From NCBI GenBank assembly GCA_902769585.1, contig CACXPT010000004.1, positions 1,689 to 65,688 on the forward strand: DNA of 64,000 bases, written 5' to 3'. The notes beneath the pieces are model-generated. The model saw nothing but the letters and a program-made list of their open reading frames with translations. It made no database searches and was not told where the DNA came from. How positions within the stretch are numbered: the stretch's first letter is position 1; every line of letters starts with the position of its first letter. The position numbers and the translations under genes are program-made. Source of the DNA: an uncultured bacterium. Lineage in GTDB: Bacteria > Verrucomicrobiota > Kiritimatiellia > RFP12 > UBA1067. Shown here one piece after another: positions 54,020 through 63,561 of the stretch.

Positions 54020-56020
54020 ATGCGTACGACATTATTCTTCGCGCTCGCGGTCGCGGGCATTGCGTCTGCGGGCTTCGGAAAGCTCCTGCCGGTCGAGATA
54101 TACGAGAAGGGCGGCGGTGACGTCGACTGTGCGGCCAAGTACACCGTCCAGGAATGCGTGCGCGAGGCGAAGGGCGCGCCGGCCGGCTGCAAGCTCTTCA
54201 CGCGTCTCGTGAAGGTGACCAACCACTCCAACGAGTCCCGCACGTTCCAGGTGGCCGTGCGTGCGGACACCTCCTTCAAGCCGACGAACTGGGTGATCCC
54301 CGGCGTCATCTACGGCGACAACAAGTTCGGATCGCAGGTCTCTCCGAGCGGGCTCGAGCGCGACGGCGAGCCGTGGGTGTTCGGCTACGACCGCGCGGCC
54401 ATCCCGTCCTGCACGCTCTCCGAGACGAAGGACGACCTGTTCGCGATGTACGCCTCGGACCGCGACGCGGCGTCGCTGGAGAGTATCTACCCGATCCGCG
54501 AAAGTCCGGTGAGCTACACGTTCAAGTACAGCTACACGGGACGCTACGACACGTGGATCACCCTGCCGCCGGGCGGAAGTTTCGAGGCGGAGTCCTACTA
54601 CATGGAGGGACGCCCTCGCTACGAGAACGCCGGCTACCGCGAGGTGATGATGGCGGCGATGGCCACGCTCAAGCACGACCACCCGGTTCCGGCGCTCGAC
54701 GCCAAGACGGTCTACGAGGTCTCGCACCGGTGGCTCCGCGACTGCTGCGAGTATTTTGTGGACCAGGGCAAGTCCGAGGGCGCGGCTGGCACGGACATCT
54801 CGTTCCGCCTCGGCTACACCGCCCGCACGAACAAGATCAACCTCCCCGCGTGGATGACGCCCGAGGAGAAGAAGCTCACGCTCGCCGACCTCGAACGCGA
54901 CCCGAAGCTCAACCGCGGCATTCTGCGCACGTTCTGGATGGACGAGATGGGCTTCGCGGGACAGAACTTCATGTCCCACCGACTTGCGTACATGGACGCG
55001 GTGAAGCGCGGCGACAAGGACTTCGCGAAGTGGTGCATCGACGACCTCGACGACTGGGTGAACAGGCAGGTGAAGGAGGGCCCGTCCGCCGGCCTCTGCA
55101 CCACGCACCGTCGCCGCAAGGTGGTGGACCGCCTGAGTGTCACGGAACTCGGCTGGGGTGTGGGCGAGATCGCGAAGATGTGGAAGATGCTCAAGGACCG
55201 CGGCATCGACCATCCGAGCTACCTTGAGTTCGGCAAGCGGATGGCGGACTTCTTCGTCGACCACTATGACGAGCAGGATCCGTTCGGACGCATCTGGTCG
55301 CTCAAGACCGGCGCGAAGCTCGAGGGTGGCGGCGACGGCGGTGGGTTCATGGTGAAGGGCATGCTGGAGTTGCACGCGGTGTGCGGCGACAAGCGCTACC
55401 TCGACTGCGCGCGCAAGGCGTTCGACCGCTATTTCGAGATGGACCTCGGCAAGTTCCGCTGCGTGGCGGGCGCGGACGACTGCAACTGCGTGGACAAGGA
55501 ATCGTCGTTCCCCTACATCTACGCCGCGCTCGAGCTCTACCGCCAGACTGGCGAGAAGAAGTACCTCGAAAGCGCCGAGCGCGTGGCGGCGTACTTCTGC
55601 TCGTGGATGCTCACCTACGACGCGCTCTACACGCAGGCGAGCGAGTTCGGCCGCTTCGGCTACCACACGAGCGGCGGCACGCTCGTCTCGGCGGAGCACC
55701 AGTGCATCGACCCGTACGCGACGGTGGCGGTGCCCGACCTCTTCGATCTTGCGGACGCGAGTGGCAACGAAGTGTGGCGCGAGTGCGGACGGCTAATCTG
55801 GGTGAACGCGATCCAGGACGTGGCCGGTCCGGACGGCAGCGTGATGAACGGCATCCGCCGCACGCCGGGCGCGCAGTGCGAGGCGCACGCGCAGACGCGC
55901 TGGTCCAAGTACCGCAGCGACCCGATCGCGGCGCGCGGCAACTTCAACAACCAGTGCACCGCGTTCGTCGTGACCTACCGCCTTTACGCGCTCGACCGTC
56001 TCGGCGATCCCATGCGCTGA
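54020..56020 (+). CDS. Secreted hypothetical protein (possibly an alpha/alpha-barrel glycan-active enzyme)
   Basis: 666 aa. Signal peptide MRTTLFFALAVAGIASAG; AAGGAAAGG Shine-Dalgarno. No motif recognised. The functional guess rests on context only. Confidence 0.5.
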   Translation: MRTTLFFALAVAGIASAGFGKLLPVEIYEKGGGDVDCAAKYTVQECVREAKGAPAGCKLFTRLVKVTNHSNESRTFQVAVRADTSFKPTNWVIPGVIYGDNKFGSQVSPSGLERDGEPWVFGYDRAAIPSCTLSETKDDLFAMYASDRDAASLESIYPIRESPVSYTFKYSYTGRYDTWITLPPGGSFEAESYYMEGRPRYENAGYREVMMAAMATLKHDHPVPALDAKTVYEVSHRWLRDCCEYFVDQGKSEGAAGTDISFRLGYTARTNKINLPAWMTPEEKKLTLADLERDPKLNRGILRTFWMDEMGFAGQNFMSHRLAYMDAVKRGDKDFAKWCIDDLDDWVNRQVKEGPSAGLCTTHRRRKVVDRLSVTELGWGVGEIAKMWKMLKDRGIDHPSYLEFGKRMADFFVDHYDEQDPFGRIWSLKTGAKLEGGGDGGGFMVKGMLELHAVCGDKRYLDCARKAFDRYFEMDLGKFRCVAGADDCNCVDKESSFPYIYAALELYRQTGEKKYLESAERVAAYFCSWMLTYDALYTQASEFGRFGYHTSGGTLVSAEHQCIDPYATVAVPDLFDLADASGNEVWRECGRLIWVNAIQDVAGPDGSVMNGIRRTPGAQCEAHAQTRWSKYRSDPIAARGNFNNQCTAFVVTYRLYALDRLGDPMR

Positions 56021-56109
56021 CGCAAAAATGATTTTCCCGAAATTCCCCATTGATTTCCGCTAAGATTTTTCGTAAATTATGCGCCCTCAGATTGGAAGGA
56101 CATAAAAGA

Positions 56110-58704
56110 ATGAGCAAGAAACTCCTAATCGTCGAGTCGCCTGCCAAGGCAAAGACGATCGGCAAGTACCTGGAGGGCGACTTCACCGTCGCGGCCTCCG
56201 TGGGGCACATACGCGATTTGCCGAAGAAAGGCCTGTCGATAAAGATAGAGCCGGACAAGGCTCGTGCTGGCGACTGGACGTTCACCCCCAGCTACGAGAT
56301 CTCGCCGGAAAAGAAGAAGGTGGTTGAAGAGCTGCGCAAGGCGGCGCGGCAGAGCCAGGAGGTTTATCTCGCGCCCGATCCTGACCGCGAGGGAGAGGCG
56401 ATCGCGTGGCATCTGGCCACGGTGCTGGCGGACGTCACGAAGGGCAAGCCCGTCCATCGCGTGACCTACAACGAGATCACCAAGACTGCGGTTCGCCAGG
56501 CTGTGGCGAATCCCGGAGAGATCGACCTTGCGCGCGTCGACGCGCAGCAGGCGCGCCGCATTCTCGACCGTCTCGTCGGCTTCAAGGTGTCGCCGCTCCT
56601 CTGGAAGAACCTGCAGTACGGCTACTCGCTCTCGGCGGGCCGTGTGCAGAGCGTGGCGCTTCGCCTGCTCGTGGAGCGCGAGCGCGAGATCACGGCGTTC
56701 AACCCTGTCGCGTACTGGGTGCTCGGGGTGGAGGCGTCGAAGGGCAGCAAGGAGACGGCCTTCATTGCAAAGCTCTCGCGGCTGGACGGCGAGAAGCCGG
56801 ACGTCAAGAGCTCAGAGCAGGCGGTGACGCTGGTGGACGATCTTGACGGGGCTGGTCTGCGCGTCGTATCCGTGAAGGAGCAGCCGAAGACGCGCCATCC
56901 GTATCCGCCGTTCACCACGTCCACGCTGCAGCAGGCGGCGTCCAGCGTTTGCGGATTCTCGCCGCAGAAGACGATGTCGGTGGCGCAGAAGCTGTACGAG
57001 GCGGGCCTGATCACCTACATGCGAACCGACAGCGTGAACATCGCGGAGGTGGCGCGCGCTGCGGCGAAGGACCTGATCGCGGGCGAGTTCGGTCCGCAGT
57101 ACGTGCCCGAGAAGCCTAACTTCTACAAGTCCAAGGAGGGTGCGCAGCAGGCGCACGAGGCGATCCGTCCGACGGACGTGACGCAAAAGCCTGGCGAATT
57201 GGTGCTGGACTCCGCAGGAGCGAAGCTCTACGACCTCATCTGGCGGCGGTTCGTCGCCTCGCAGATGGCGGAGGCGAAGCTGATCCAGAGGACGGTGGGC
57301 ATCGAGGCCGAGAAGGACAGCCTGCGCCACACCTACCTCTTCACGGCCTCCAACACGGCCGTGACGTTCGACGGCTTCCTCGCCGCTATGAAGCAACCTT
57401 CGAAGAAGGCGAAGGAGGAGATCGACGAGGACTCCGACGAGGTGAAGTCCCTGCCGCCGCTCGCCGAGGGAGAGTCGCTCGTGCCGATGCGCTGGCTCTC
57501 GGACCGCAAGGAGACCAAGCCGCCGCCGCGCTTCTCTGAGGCATCGCTCGTGAAGGCGCTAGAGGAGAACGGCGTGGGGCGTCCGTCCACGTACGCGCAG
57601 ACGATCGAGGTGCTGGTGGACCGCCAGTACGCCACGCGCGAGTCGCGCCAGCTCATTCCGACGCAGCGCGGCATGGACGTGAACGACTGGCTGGTGAAGA
57701 AGCTTGAGCCGCTCTTCAACGTGGGCTACACCGCGCAGATGGAGGACGCGCTCGACAAGGTGGAGGAGGGGCGCGAGAACGGAAACGGGATGCTCTCCGA
57801 CTTCTACCGCAAGTTCACCGCCTGGGTGGAGGCCGCGAAGGATCCGCCGCCGCCAATGGAGAAGTTCACCGCGCTGTTCGCGCTGCTTGACGAGGTCAAG
57901 AAGTGGAAGGCACCTGTCGGCGAGGGCCGGAGAATCTACGACGACCACGGGTTCGTGGAGTCCGTGAGGAAGCAGATGTCCGAAGCGCCGGAGAAGCTTT
58001 CCGATCGGCAGTTGCAGGCTCTCGTGAAGCTTGCGATCGCATACCGCGAGCAGATTCCGGACGGCGAGCTGCGCCTCATCGATCTTGGCTACGGGCCGGA
58101 GCTCGACCGGGTGAAGAACTCGCCGTCGAACGACCTTGTGAAGTGGTGCTTCCTGACGATCGACCGCATCGGCGGGCTGACGAAGAACCCGTTCCTCAAC
58201 TCCCTGCGCGAGCAGGTGGATCGTGGTCGCGTGCTTTCCCCGAAGCAGTTCTCCATCCTCGCGCGCAGCGTGGGCGAGAACGCAGGCGCCTTGCCGGACG
58301 CCGACCAGGTTCGCGCGCGGCTCGCCCCATACGTGCCGGGCGGGTTCGAGATCGCGCCGGTGGACCCTGCCGTGCCGGAGCTGCTGAGCCTGCTCGACAA
58401 GGTGACGGCGTGGAAGGAGCCTGCGCGCCGCGGACGCCGCACCTACAACGACGCAGAGTTCGTCTCGTCCTTGCGCGACCAGTATGCGCGCCGCAGCTCG
58501 CTCTCGCCGCGCCAGGTGCTGGCTCTGCGCCGCGTGTGCGTGAACTACAAGGACCAGATTCCTGGTTTCGACGAGGTGGCCGAACGCCTCGGGCTCAACG
58601 ACCTGCCTACACACGAGAAGGCGGCCGAGGCCGAGAAGGACGCGAAGGCCGACGCCCTTGCCGAGAAGAAGAGGAGAGGGCGCGGTTCGCGCAGAAAGGC
58701 GTGA
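56110..58704 (+). CDS. topA: DNA topoisomerase I with a non-Zn-finger repeat C-terminus
   Basis: Start at MSKKLLIVESPAKAKTIGKYL (Toprim). DPDREGEAIAWH; active-site region GLITYMRTDS; GVGRPSTYA. The C-terminal roughly 270 aa have only 2 Cys and contain two long repeats plus a K/R-rich tail. Confidence 0.92.
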   Translation: MSKKLLIVESPAKAKTIGKYLEGDFTVAASVGHIRDLPKKGLSIKIEPDKARAGDWTFTPSYEISPEKKKVVEELRKAARQSQEVYLAPDPDREGEAIAWHLATVLADVTKGKPVHRVTYNEITKTAVRQAVANPGEIDLARVDAQQARRILDRLVGFKVSPLLWKNLQYGYSLSAGRVQSVALRLLVEREREITAFNPVAYWVLGVEASKGSKETAFIAKLSRLDGEKPDVKSSEQAVTLVDDLDGAGLRVVSVKEQPKTRHPYPPFTTSTLQQAASSVCGFSPQKTMSVAQKLYEAGLITYMRTDSVNIAEVARAAAKDLIAGEFGPQYVPEKPNFYKSKEGAQQAHEAIRPTDVTQKPGELVLDSAGAKLYDLIWRRFVASQMAEAKLIQRTVGIEAEKDSLRHTYLFTASNTAVTFDGFLAAMKQPSKKAKEEIDEDSDEVKSLPPLAEGESLVPMRWLSDRKETKPPPRFSEASLVKALEENGVGRPSTYAQTIEVLVDRQYATRESRQLIPTQRGMDVNDWLVKKLEPLFNVGYTAQMEDALDKVEEGRENGNGMLSDFYRKFTAWVEAAKDPPPPMEKFTALFALLDEVKKWKAPVGEGRRIYDDHGFVESVRKQMSEAPEKLSDRQLQALVKLAIAYREQIPDGELRLIDLGYGPELDRVKNSPSNDLVKWCFLTIDRIGGLTKNPFLNSLREQVDRGRVLSPKQFSILARSVGENAGALPDADQVRARLAPYVPGGFEIAPVDPAVPELLSLLDKVTAWKEPARRGRRTYNDAEFVSSLRDQYARRSSLSPRQVLALRRVCVNYKDQIPGFDEVAERLGLNDLPTHEKAAEAEKDAKADALAEKKRRGRGSRRKA

Positions 58705-59705
58705 GCGGGAACGACCATCTTCCCTCCAACCGGGCGGCGCACGACGACGAGGCCGTGCGCCGCTTCCGTTCACACCTGCTTGCCGAGCGAAACGCCTCAG
58801 ACCACACGGCGGCCGGATACGAGCAGGACATCTCGCAGTTTGCCGCCTTCCGCTGGGGCGCAGACGTGCAGCCGCCCTTCGAATGGGCGCGCGTCACGCC
58901 AGAGGATGCACGCAACTTCCTGATGGCGTTCGCCGGGGATGGCGCAAAGGCGACCACGACGCGCCGCAAGCTCGCGTCGATGCGCGCCTTCTTCCGCCAC
59001 CTCGTGCGCACTGGCGCGGTGGAGGCAAACCCGTTCGCGGGGCTGCGAGGGCCGAAGCTGCCCAAGCCGCTGCCGCGCACGCTCTCCGTCGCAGACGTGA
59101 CGCGCTTTCTCAAGGCGCCGGAGGAGGAACTGAATCGGCGGCGTAAGGCCGGTCTTCCGGTTTCGCCAGAGCAGGTCTACGCGAGCCTCTGCGACACCGC
59201 GCTATTCGAGGCTCTATACTCGACGGGGTGCCGCATATCCGAGGTGGTGCCGCTCGTCTGGCGGCAGATCAACTTCTCTTCGGGCGCAGTGATCGTGACG
59301 GGCAAGGGCGCCAAGCAGCGCCTCTGCATTCTAGGCAAGCCCGCCCTCAAGGCTTTGCGGAATCTGCGCGAGAAGGCTGCGGAGCGCTGGCCAGACGGCG
59401 GCGCGGATGCGACCGCGATCTTCCTCAACGAGAGGGGGCGTCCGCTCGGTCCGCGCGACGCGCAGCGGCGCATGAAGAAGTGGCTGGCGGTCGCCGGGCT
59501 GCCTACGGACCTCACCCCGCACAAGCTCCGCCACAGCTTCGCGACGCACCTTCTGGACGCGGGGGCGGACCTGCGCAGCGTGCAGGAGATGCTTGGGCAC
59601 TCGTCGCTTGCGACGACGCAAATCTACACGCACGTGTCGGTGGAGCACCTGAAGGACGAGTACATGAAGGCGCATCCGCTGGCGCAACGGAGGAACGACG
59701 AATGA
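58701..59705 (+). CDS. Tyrosine site-specific recombinase, XerC/XerD family
   Basis: The GTG start overlaps the topA stop (GTGA). FRSHLLAERNASDHTAAGYEQDI (SAM-like N-domain); C-terminal GCRISEV, HKLRHSFATHLLDAGADLRSVQEMLGHSSLATTQIYTHV. The track start at 57903 is a read-through artefact. Confidence 0.85.
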   Translation: MSGNDHLPSNRAAHDDEAVRRFRSHLLAERNASDHTAAGYEQDISQFAAFRWGADVQPPFEWARVTPEDARNFLMAFAGDGAKATTTRRKLASMRAFFRHLVRTGAVEANPFAGLRGPKLPKPLPRTLSVADVTRFLKAPEEELNRRRKAGLPVSPEQVYASLCDTALFEALYSTGCRISEVVPLVWRQINFSSGAVIVTGKGAKQRLCILGKPALKALRNLREKAAERWPDGGADATAIFLNERGRPLGPRDAQRRMKKWLAVAGLPTDLTPHKLRHSFATHLLDAGADLRSVQEMLGHSSLATTQIYTHVSVEHLKDEYMKAHPLAQRRNDE

Positions 59706-61087
59706 AAAACGCATACAAGTGGCTGCTGCTGGCGATGCTGAGCTTCGCCTTCTTCTTCCATCAGGCTGACCGGGCGCTGTTCGGTCTCCTGACGATCCCG
59801 ATCCAGGAGGAGCTGCACCTGACGGACGTGCAGATCGGCTGGATCAACACAGTGCTGTCATGGACGCTAGCGCTGATGACGACGGTGGCCGGTTTCTGCG
59901 GCGACAGGTTCAGCCGGAAGTGGCTCATCACCGGCTCACTGATGTTCTGGTCGCTGATGACGGTGGGCATGGGCTTCGTGGGGAACTTCACGCTCCTGGG
60001 GATAGGCATATCTGCATACGCGTGCGTGATGTTCTTCCGCTCGATCGCCACTGGCGGCGGCGAGTCGTTCTACGCGCCTAGCGCGTACGCGCTCATAGCG
60101 GTGCACCACAAGGAGACGCGCTCCGTGGCGCTTTCGGTGCATCAGGCGGCGCTATACATCGGGCTCATGACGAGCGGCGCGCTCGTCGCGTGGATCCTCC
60201 ACGGGCTTAAGGGCAGCGCATGGGTGGAGTCGTGCTTCGGCACGCTCGGCTACTGGCGGCCCGTGTTCATCATCTTCGGCGCGCTCGGCTTCTTCCTCGG
60301 CATACTCTTCGTTTTCTTCCTCAAGGATGCCAAGGACCTTGACGCCCCTAATGCCCCTAAAAACCTTAAAACCCCTAACGACCTTAACGACCCTAATGAC
60401 CTTAAAGATTCCAGTGATCTTGCCCCTGCCCAAAAGCCGCCGCTACTGGAGGGACTGAAGGCCTACTTCTGCAATCCGTCAGCGCTCCTGGCGACGAGCG
60501 GATTCATCGCGATCGTGTTCGTGAACAACGCTTATCTCTTCTGGGCGCCGAAATTCGTGGCGCAGAAGTTCGCGACGGAGCTGGGAGACTCCGCGGTGGC
60601 CACTGCGGGTAACGGCACGATGCTCTATCACCACGTCTGCGCGTTCGCGGCGATCATGGCGGGCGGTTTCCTCACGGACGCGCTGGTGAAGCGCTATCCG
60701 CGCTTCCGCCTGCTGTTCCAGTCCTGCGCGCTTTTCCTCGGCGCGCCGGCGCTCGTGTTCGTGGCCTACGCGCCTAGCGTGTCCGCCACATGGGCGGCGG
60801 TGGCGCTGTACGGCGTGTTCCGCGGCTTCTTCGAAGTGAACACGCACGCCTCTCTCTTCGACGTGGTTGCGCCAAAGTACCGCTCGACGGCGGTGGGGCT
60901 GCTCAACATGCTGGCGTTCTTCTTCGGTGGCCTCTCGGGCATCCTGATGGGGCATCTTTCAAGGTCGCAGGGCGTGGCCGGGTTCGAGCTCGGCTTCGCG
61001 CTCATGGGCGGCGTCTACGCCGTGGCCGGATGCCTGATGCTCTGCTCGCTTTTCTTCACGTTCAAGAAAAACCGCGTGATGGAATAG
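59702..61087 (+). CDS. MFS transporter
   Basis: ATGA overlap with the recombinase stop. About 12 TM helices and GDRFSRK (an MFS motif A-like loop). The central loop carries a low-complexity insert DLDAPNAPKNLKTPNDLNDPNDLKDSSDL. Confidence 0.8.
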   Translation: MKNAYKWLLLAMLSFAFFFHQADRALFGLLTIPIQEELHLTDVQIGWINTVLSWTLALMTTVAGFCGDRFSRKWLITGSLMFWSLMTVGMGFVGNFTLLGIGISAYACVMFFRSIATGGGESFYAPSAYALIAVHHKETRSVALSVHQAALYIGLMTSGALVAWILHGLKGSAWVESCFGTLGYWRPVFIIFGALGFFLGILFVFFLKDAKDLDAPNAPKNLKTPNDLNDPNDLKDSSDLAPAQKPPLLEGLKAYFCNPSALLATSGFIAIVFVNNAYLFWAPKFVAQKFATELGDSAVATAGNGTMLYHHVCAFAAIMAGGFLTDALVKRYPRFRLLFQSCALFLGAPALVFVAYAPSVSATWAAVALYGVFRGFFEVNTHASLFDVVAPKYRSTAVGLLNMLAFFFGGLSGILMGHLSRSQGVAGFELGFALMGGVYAVAGCLMLCSLFFTFKKNRVME

Positions 61088-61151
61088 GGCGTTGCGCAAA
61101 GCAACGAGAGCACATGTGATCACGAACCACCTAGACGGATTTCTGGGTGTG

Positions 61152-61160
61152 TGGTAGAAT
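61152..61160 (+). promoter_or_regulatory. Extended -10 TGGTAGAAT, 7 nt upstream of the ATG at 61168 (leaderless-type)
   Basis: gtgTGGTAGAATctcgcccATGcga; no Shine-Dalgarno. Confidence 0.5.
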
Positions 61161-61167
61161 CTCGCCC

Positions 61168-62157
61168 ATGCGAATAGTGTTTATGGGTTCATCTTCCGCC
61201 TCGGCCATGTGCCTGAAGGCGATTCTGCGGCTCCCCGGCCTGCAGGTCGTGGGCGTCGTAACGCAGCCCGACCGTCCGGCCGGGCGCGGGCGCGGCGTCA
61301 CGCCTTGCCCTTGCCGTGCATATGCGAGGGAGCGGGGCATCACGTCGTGCATCACGCCGGAGGACGTGAACTCTCCAGAGGCGCTGGCGCAGATCCGCGC
61401 GTGGAAGCCGGATGTCATCGCGGTCGTCGCCTTCGGGCAGTTCCTCAAGGAGGAGCTGCTCACGCTCCCGCCGCTCGGTTGCGTCAACTGCCATTTCTCG
61501 CTGCTGCCGAAGTACCGCGGCGCCGCGCCTGTGACGGCGGCGATCATCGCCGGAGACGAGCTCTCGGGAGTCTCCATCATCAAGATGGGGATGGGCATGG
61601 ATGATGGGCCTATCCTCATGAAGCAGATCGAGCCGATCTACTCTGACGACACTGGCGAGACGCTGATGGACAAGCTCTCCATCTGCGGCGGGGTCACGCT
61701 CGCAAAGACGCTCAAGCTCATGGCGGCGAAGAACCTGCCGCCTCCCACCGAGCAGGAGGACGCAAAGGCGACGTACGCCCACAAGATCAAGAAGACCGAC
61801 GGGCTCATCGACTGGGCGAAGCGTTCGCAGGAGATCGAGCGGATACTGCGTGCGTACACGCCCTGGCCAGGCTGCTACACGTTCCTGCCGATGCGCTTCC
61901 GCAAGAAGGGGTTCTCCGGGCGAGTGGTGGTGACGGACGTGGAGTTCCTCAAGACCGACCAGATAAAGCCCGTCTGGAGAAGCGAGCTGCCGGGAACCAT
62001 CCTGGCGACAACGGGCCGCGGCCCGATCGTCCGTACGGGCGACAGCGCGCTGCTGCTTCCTTCGCTGAAGGCGGAGGGCGCGAGAGAGATGGACGGCGGC
62101 TCTTTCCTGCGGGGGCGTCCGCTCCAGCCGCTATCGGACATGCTGCTCCGCGCATGA
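61168..62157 (+). CDS. fmt: Methionyl-tRNA formyltransferase
   Basis: MRIVFMGSS..A...L..L......VVGVVTQPDRPAGRGR; NCHFSLLPKYRGAAPV (the HxSLLPxxRG signature); GVSIIKM; C-terminal Formyl_trans_C-like region. Confidence 0.9.
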   Translation: MRIVFMGSSSASAMCLKAILRLPGLQVVGVVTQPDRPAGRGRGVTPCPCRAYARERGITSCITPEDVNSPEALAQIRAWKPDVIAVVAFGQFLKEELLTLPPLGCVNCHFSLLPKYRGAAPVTAAIIAGDELSGVSIIKMGMGMDDGPILMKQIEPIYSDDTGETLMDKLSICGGVTLAKTLKLMAAKNLPPPTEQEDAKATYAHKIKKTDGLIDWAKRSQEIERILRAYTPWPGCYTFLPMRFRKKGFSGRVVVTDVEFLKTDQIKPVWRSELPGTILATTGRGPIVRTGDSALLLPSLKAEGAREMDGGSFLRGRPLQPLSDMLLRA

Positions 62158-62169
62158 CACGCCGCTTTT

Positions 62170-62178
62170 TGCTATACT
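62170..62178 (+). promoter_or_regulatory. Extended -10 TGCTATACT, 7 nt upstream of the ATG at 62186 (leaderless-type)
   Basis: ttttTGCTATACTttgagccATGgaa; no Shine-Dalgarno. Confidence 0.45.
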
Positions 62179-62185
62179 TTGAGCC

Positions 62186-62809
62186 ATGGAAAAGAATCTG
62201 CTTGAAGATGTTGCCGAGGCCCTGCGCAAGCGGGGGTTCGCCGCAGAGTGCTTCGCGACGGGGGCCGATGCCGCCGCTCGCGTGATGGAGCTGGCCGCTG
62301 ACGCAAAGAGCGTCGGTTTCGGTGGAAGCGTGACGGTGGCGACGCTCGACCTTGCCGAGACGCTTGCCGCTGCGGGCAAGGAGATATGGCGGCACGGCGA
62401 CCCGAAGTGGAAGCCAGAGGAGAAGATGGGCGTCATGCGGCACGAGCTGACATGCGACCTCTTCCTCACGAGCGCGAACGCGCTCACGGCAGACGGCAGG
62501 CTGGTGAACATCGACGGCAACGGCAACCGCGTGGCGGCGTCCATATTCGGCCCGGGGCGCGTGGTGTTCGTGGTGGGGCGCAACAAGATCGTGGACGGCG
62601 GGATCGACGCCGCGATCGCGCGCGTCAAGCGCGAGGCGTGTCCGCCCAACTGCCGCCGGCTCGGCAAGAAGACGCCGTGCGCCGCCACCGGCGAGTGCGC
62701 CGACTGCTCGTCGCCCGACCGCATCTGCAGCGTGACGGTGGTGATGGACCGGCGGCCCTCGCGCACCGACGTGCACGTGCTGCTGGTGGACGAGGATCTC
62801 GGCTACTGA
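62186..62809 (+). CDS. LUD-domain (lactate-utilisation LutC/YkgG-like, DUF162) protein
   Basis: 207 aa. VGFGGSVT...LFLTSANALTADGRLVNIDGNGNRVAA..FGP..V.FVVG.NKIV, with a C-terminal Cys-rich segment CPPNCRRLGKKTPCAATGECADCSSPDRIC. Confidence 0.7.
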   Translation: MEKNLLEDVAEALRKRGFAAECFATGADAAARVMELAADAKSVGFGGSVTVATLDLAETLAAAGKEIWRHGDPKWKPEEKMGVMRHELTCDLFLTSANALTADGRLVNIDGNGNRVAASIFGPGRVVFVVGRNKIVDGGIDAAIARVKREACPPNCRRLGKKTPCAATGECADCSSPDRICSVTVVMDRRPSRTDVHVLLVDEDLGY

Positions 62810-62880
62810 CGGGAAATGGTGGTGCGTCGCGACGCGATTTAGTGTAGAATACAGGTGTTCCAAACGGAGGACAAGAAAAG

Positions 62881-63486
62881 ATGACGTTGCAGGAGTTCAA
62901 GGACGTGTGGAAGCGGGCGGCGGAGAAGATCGCCGCGCGCGAGAACGACTATTCGGCGCTGGATGCCGCCGCGGGCGGCGACGGCGACCACGGCGAGGCC
63001 ATAGTGGCGGCGACGCGCGCGCTGGCCGCCGCGGAGGGGAGTGACTTCAAGTCGCTGCTCGAGGACATGGTGTCGCACCTGGAGTCCGACGTGAGCGGCT
63101 CCACCAGCTCGCTGTACGGCACGCTCTTCGAGGGAATGGCCGACGCCGTGGACGCGGGCAAGGTCGAGCTGTCCGCGCCGGAGATCGCCGATCTCTTCGC
63201 CGCCGGACTGGAGGAGCTTGGCTTCGCCACGAAGGCGAAGGTGGGTGACAAGACGTTCATGGACGCCCTCATCCCGGCCGTGGAGGCTCTGAAGGCGCAT
63301 GCGGCAGAGGGCGAGGCCGCGATGTTCGCGGCGGCCGCGGCTGCGGCTAAGGCCGGCAGCGACGCGACCGCGCAGATGCAGGCGAAGTTCGGGCGCGCGA
63401 AGAACCTCGGCGAGCGCTCCATCGGCCCGATCGACGCGGGCAGCGCGTCCAACGCCGACATCTGGGGCTGCTTCGCAGCCGGTTAA
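62881..63486 (+). CDS. dhaL: Dihydroxyacetone kinase subunit L (ADP-binding)
   Basis: 201 aa. LDAAAGGDGDHG (the DhaL nucleotide/Mg site motif), GSTSSLYGTLF, GDKTFMDAL.PA, GRAKNLGERSIG..DAGS. Confidence 0.85.
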   Translation: MTLQEFKDVWKRAAEKIAARENDYSALDAAAGGDGDHGEAIVAATRALAAAEGSDFKSLLEDMVSHLESDVSGSTSSLYGTLFEGMADAVDAGKVELSAPEIADLFAAGLEELGFATKAKVGDKTFMDALIPAVEALKAHAAEGEAAMFAAAAAAAKAGSDATAQMQAKFGRAKNLGERSIGPIDAGSASNADIWGCFAAG

Positions 63487-63550
63487 AGTTGAGAAGTTGA
63501 GATGTTGAGATGTTGAGAAGTTGAGATGTTGAGAAGTTAAAAAGTTAAAG
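63487..63550. repeat. 8-bp tandem repeat: GTTGAGAW x6 followed by two degenerate units (GTTAAAAA, GTTAAAGG)
   Basis: Read directly. It starts right after the dhaL stop (63484-63486) and runs into the GGAG Shine-Dalgarno of the next gene. Confidence 0.95.
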
Positions 63551-63561
63551 GAGACAAAACA

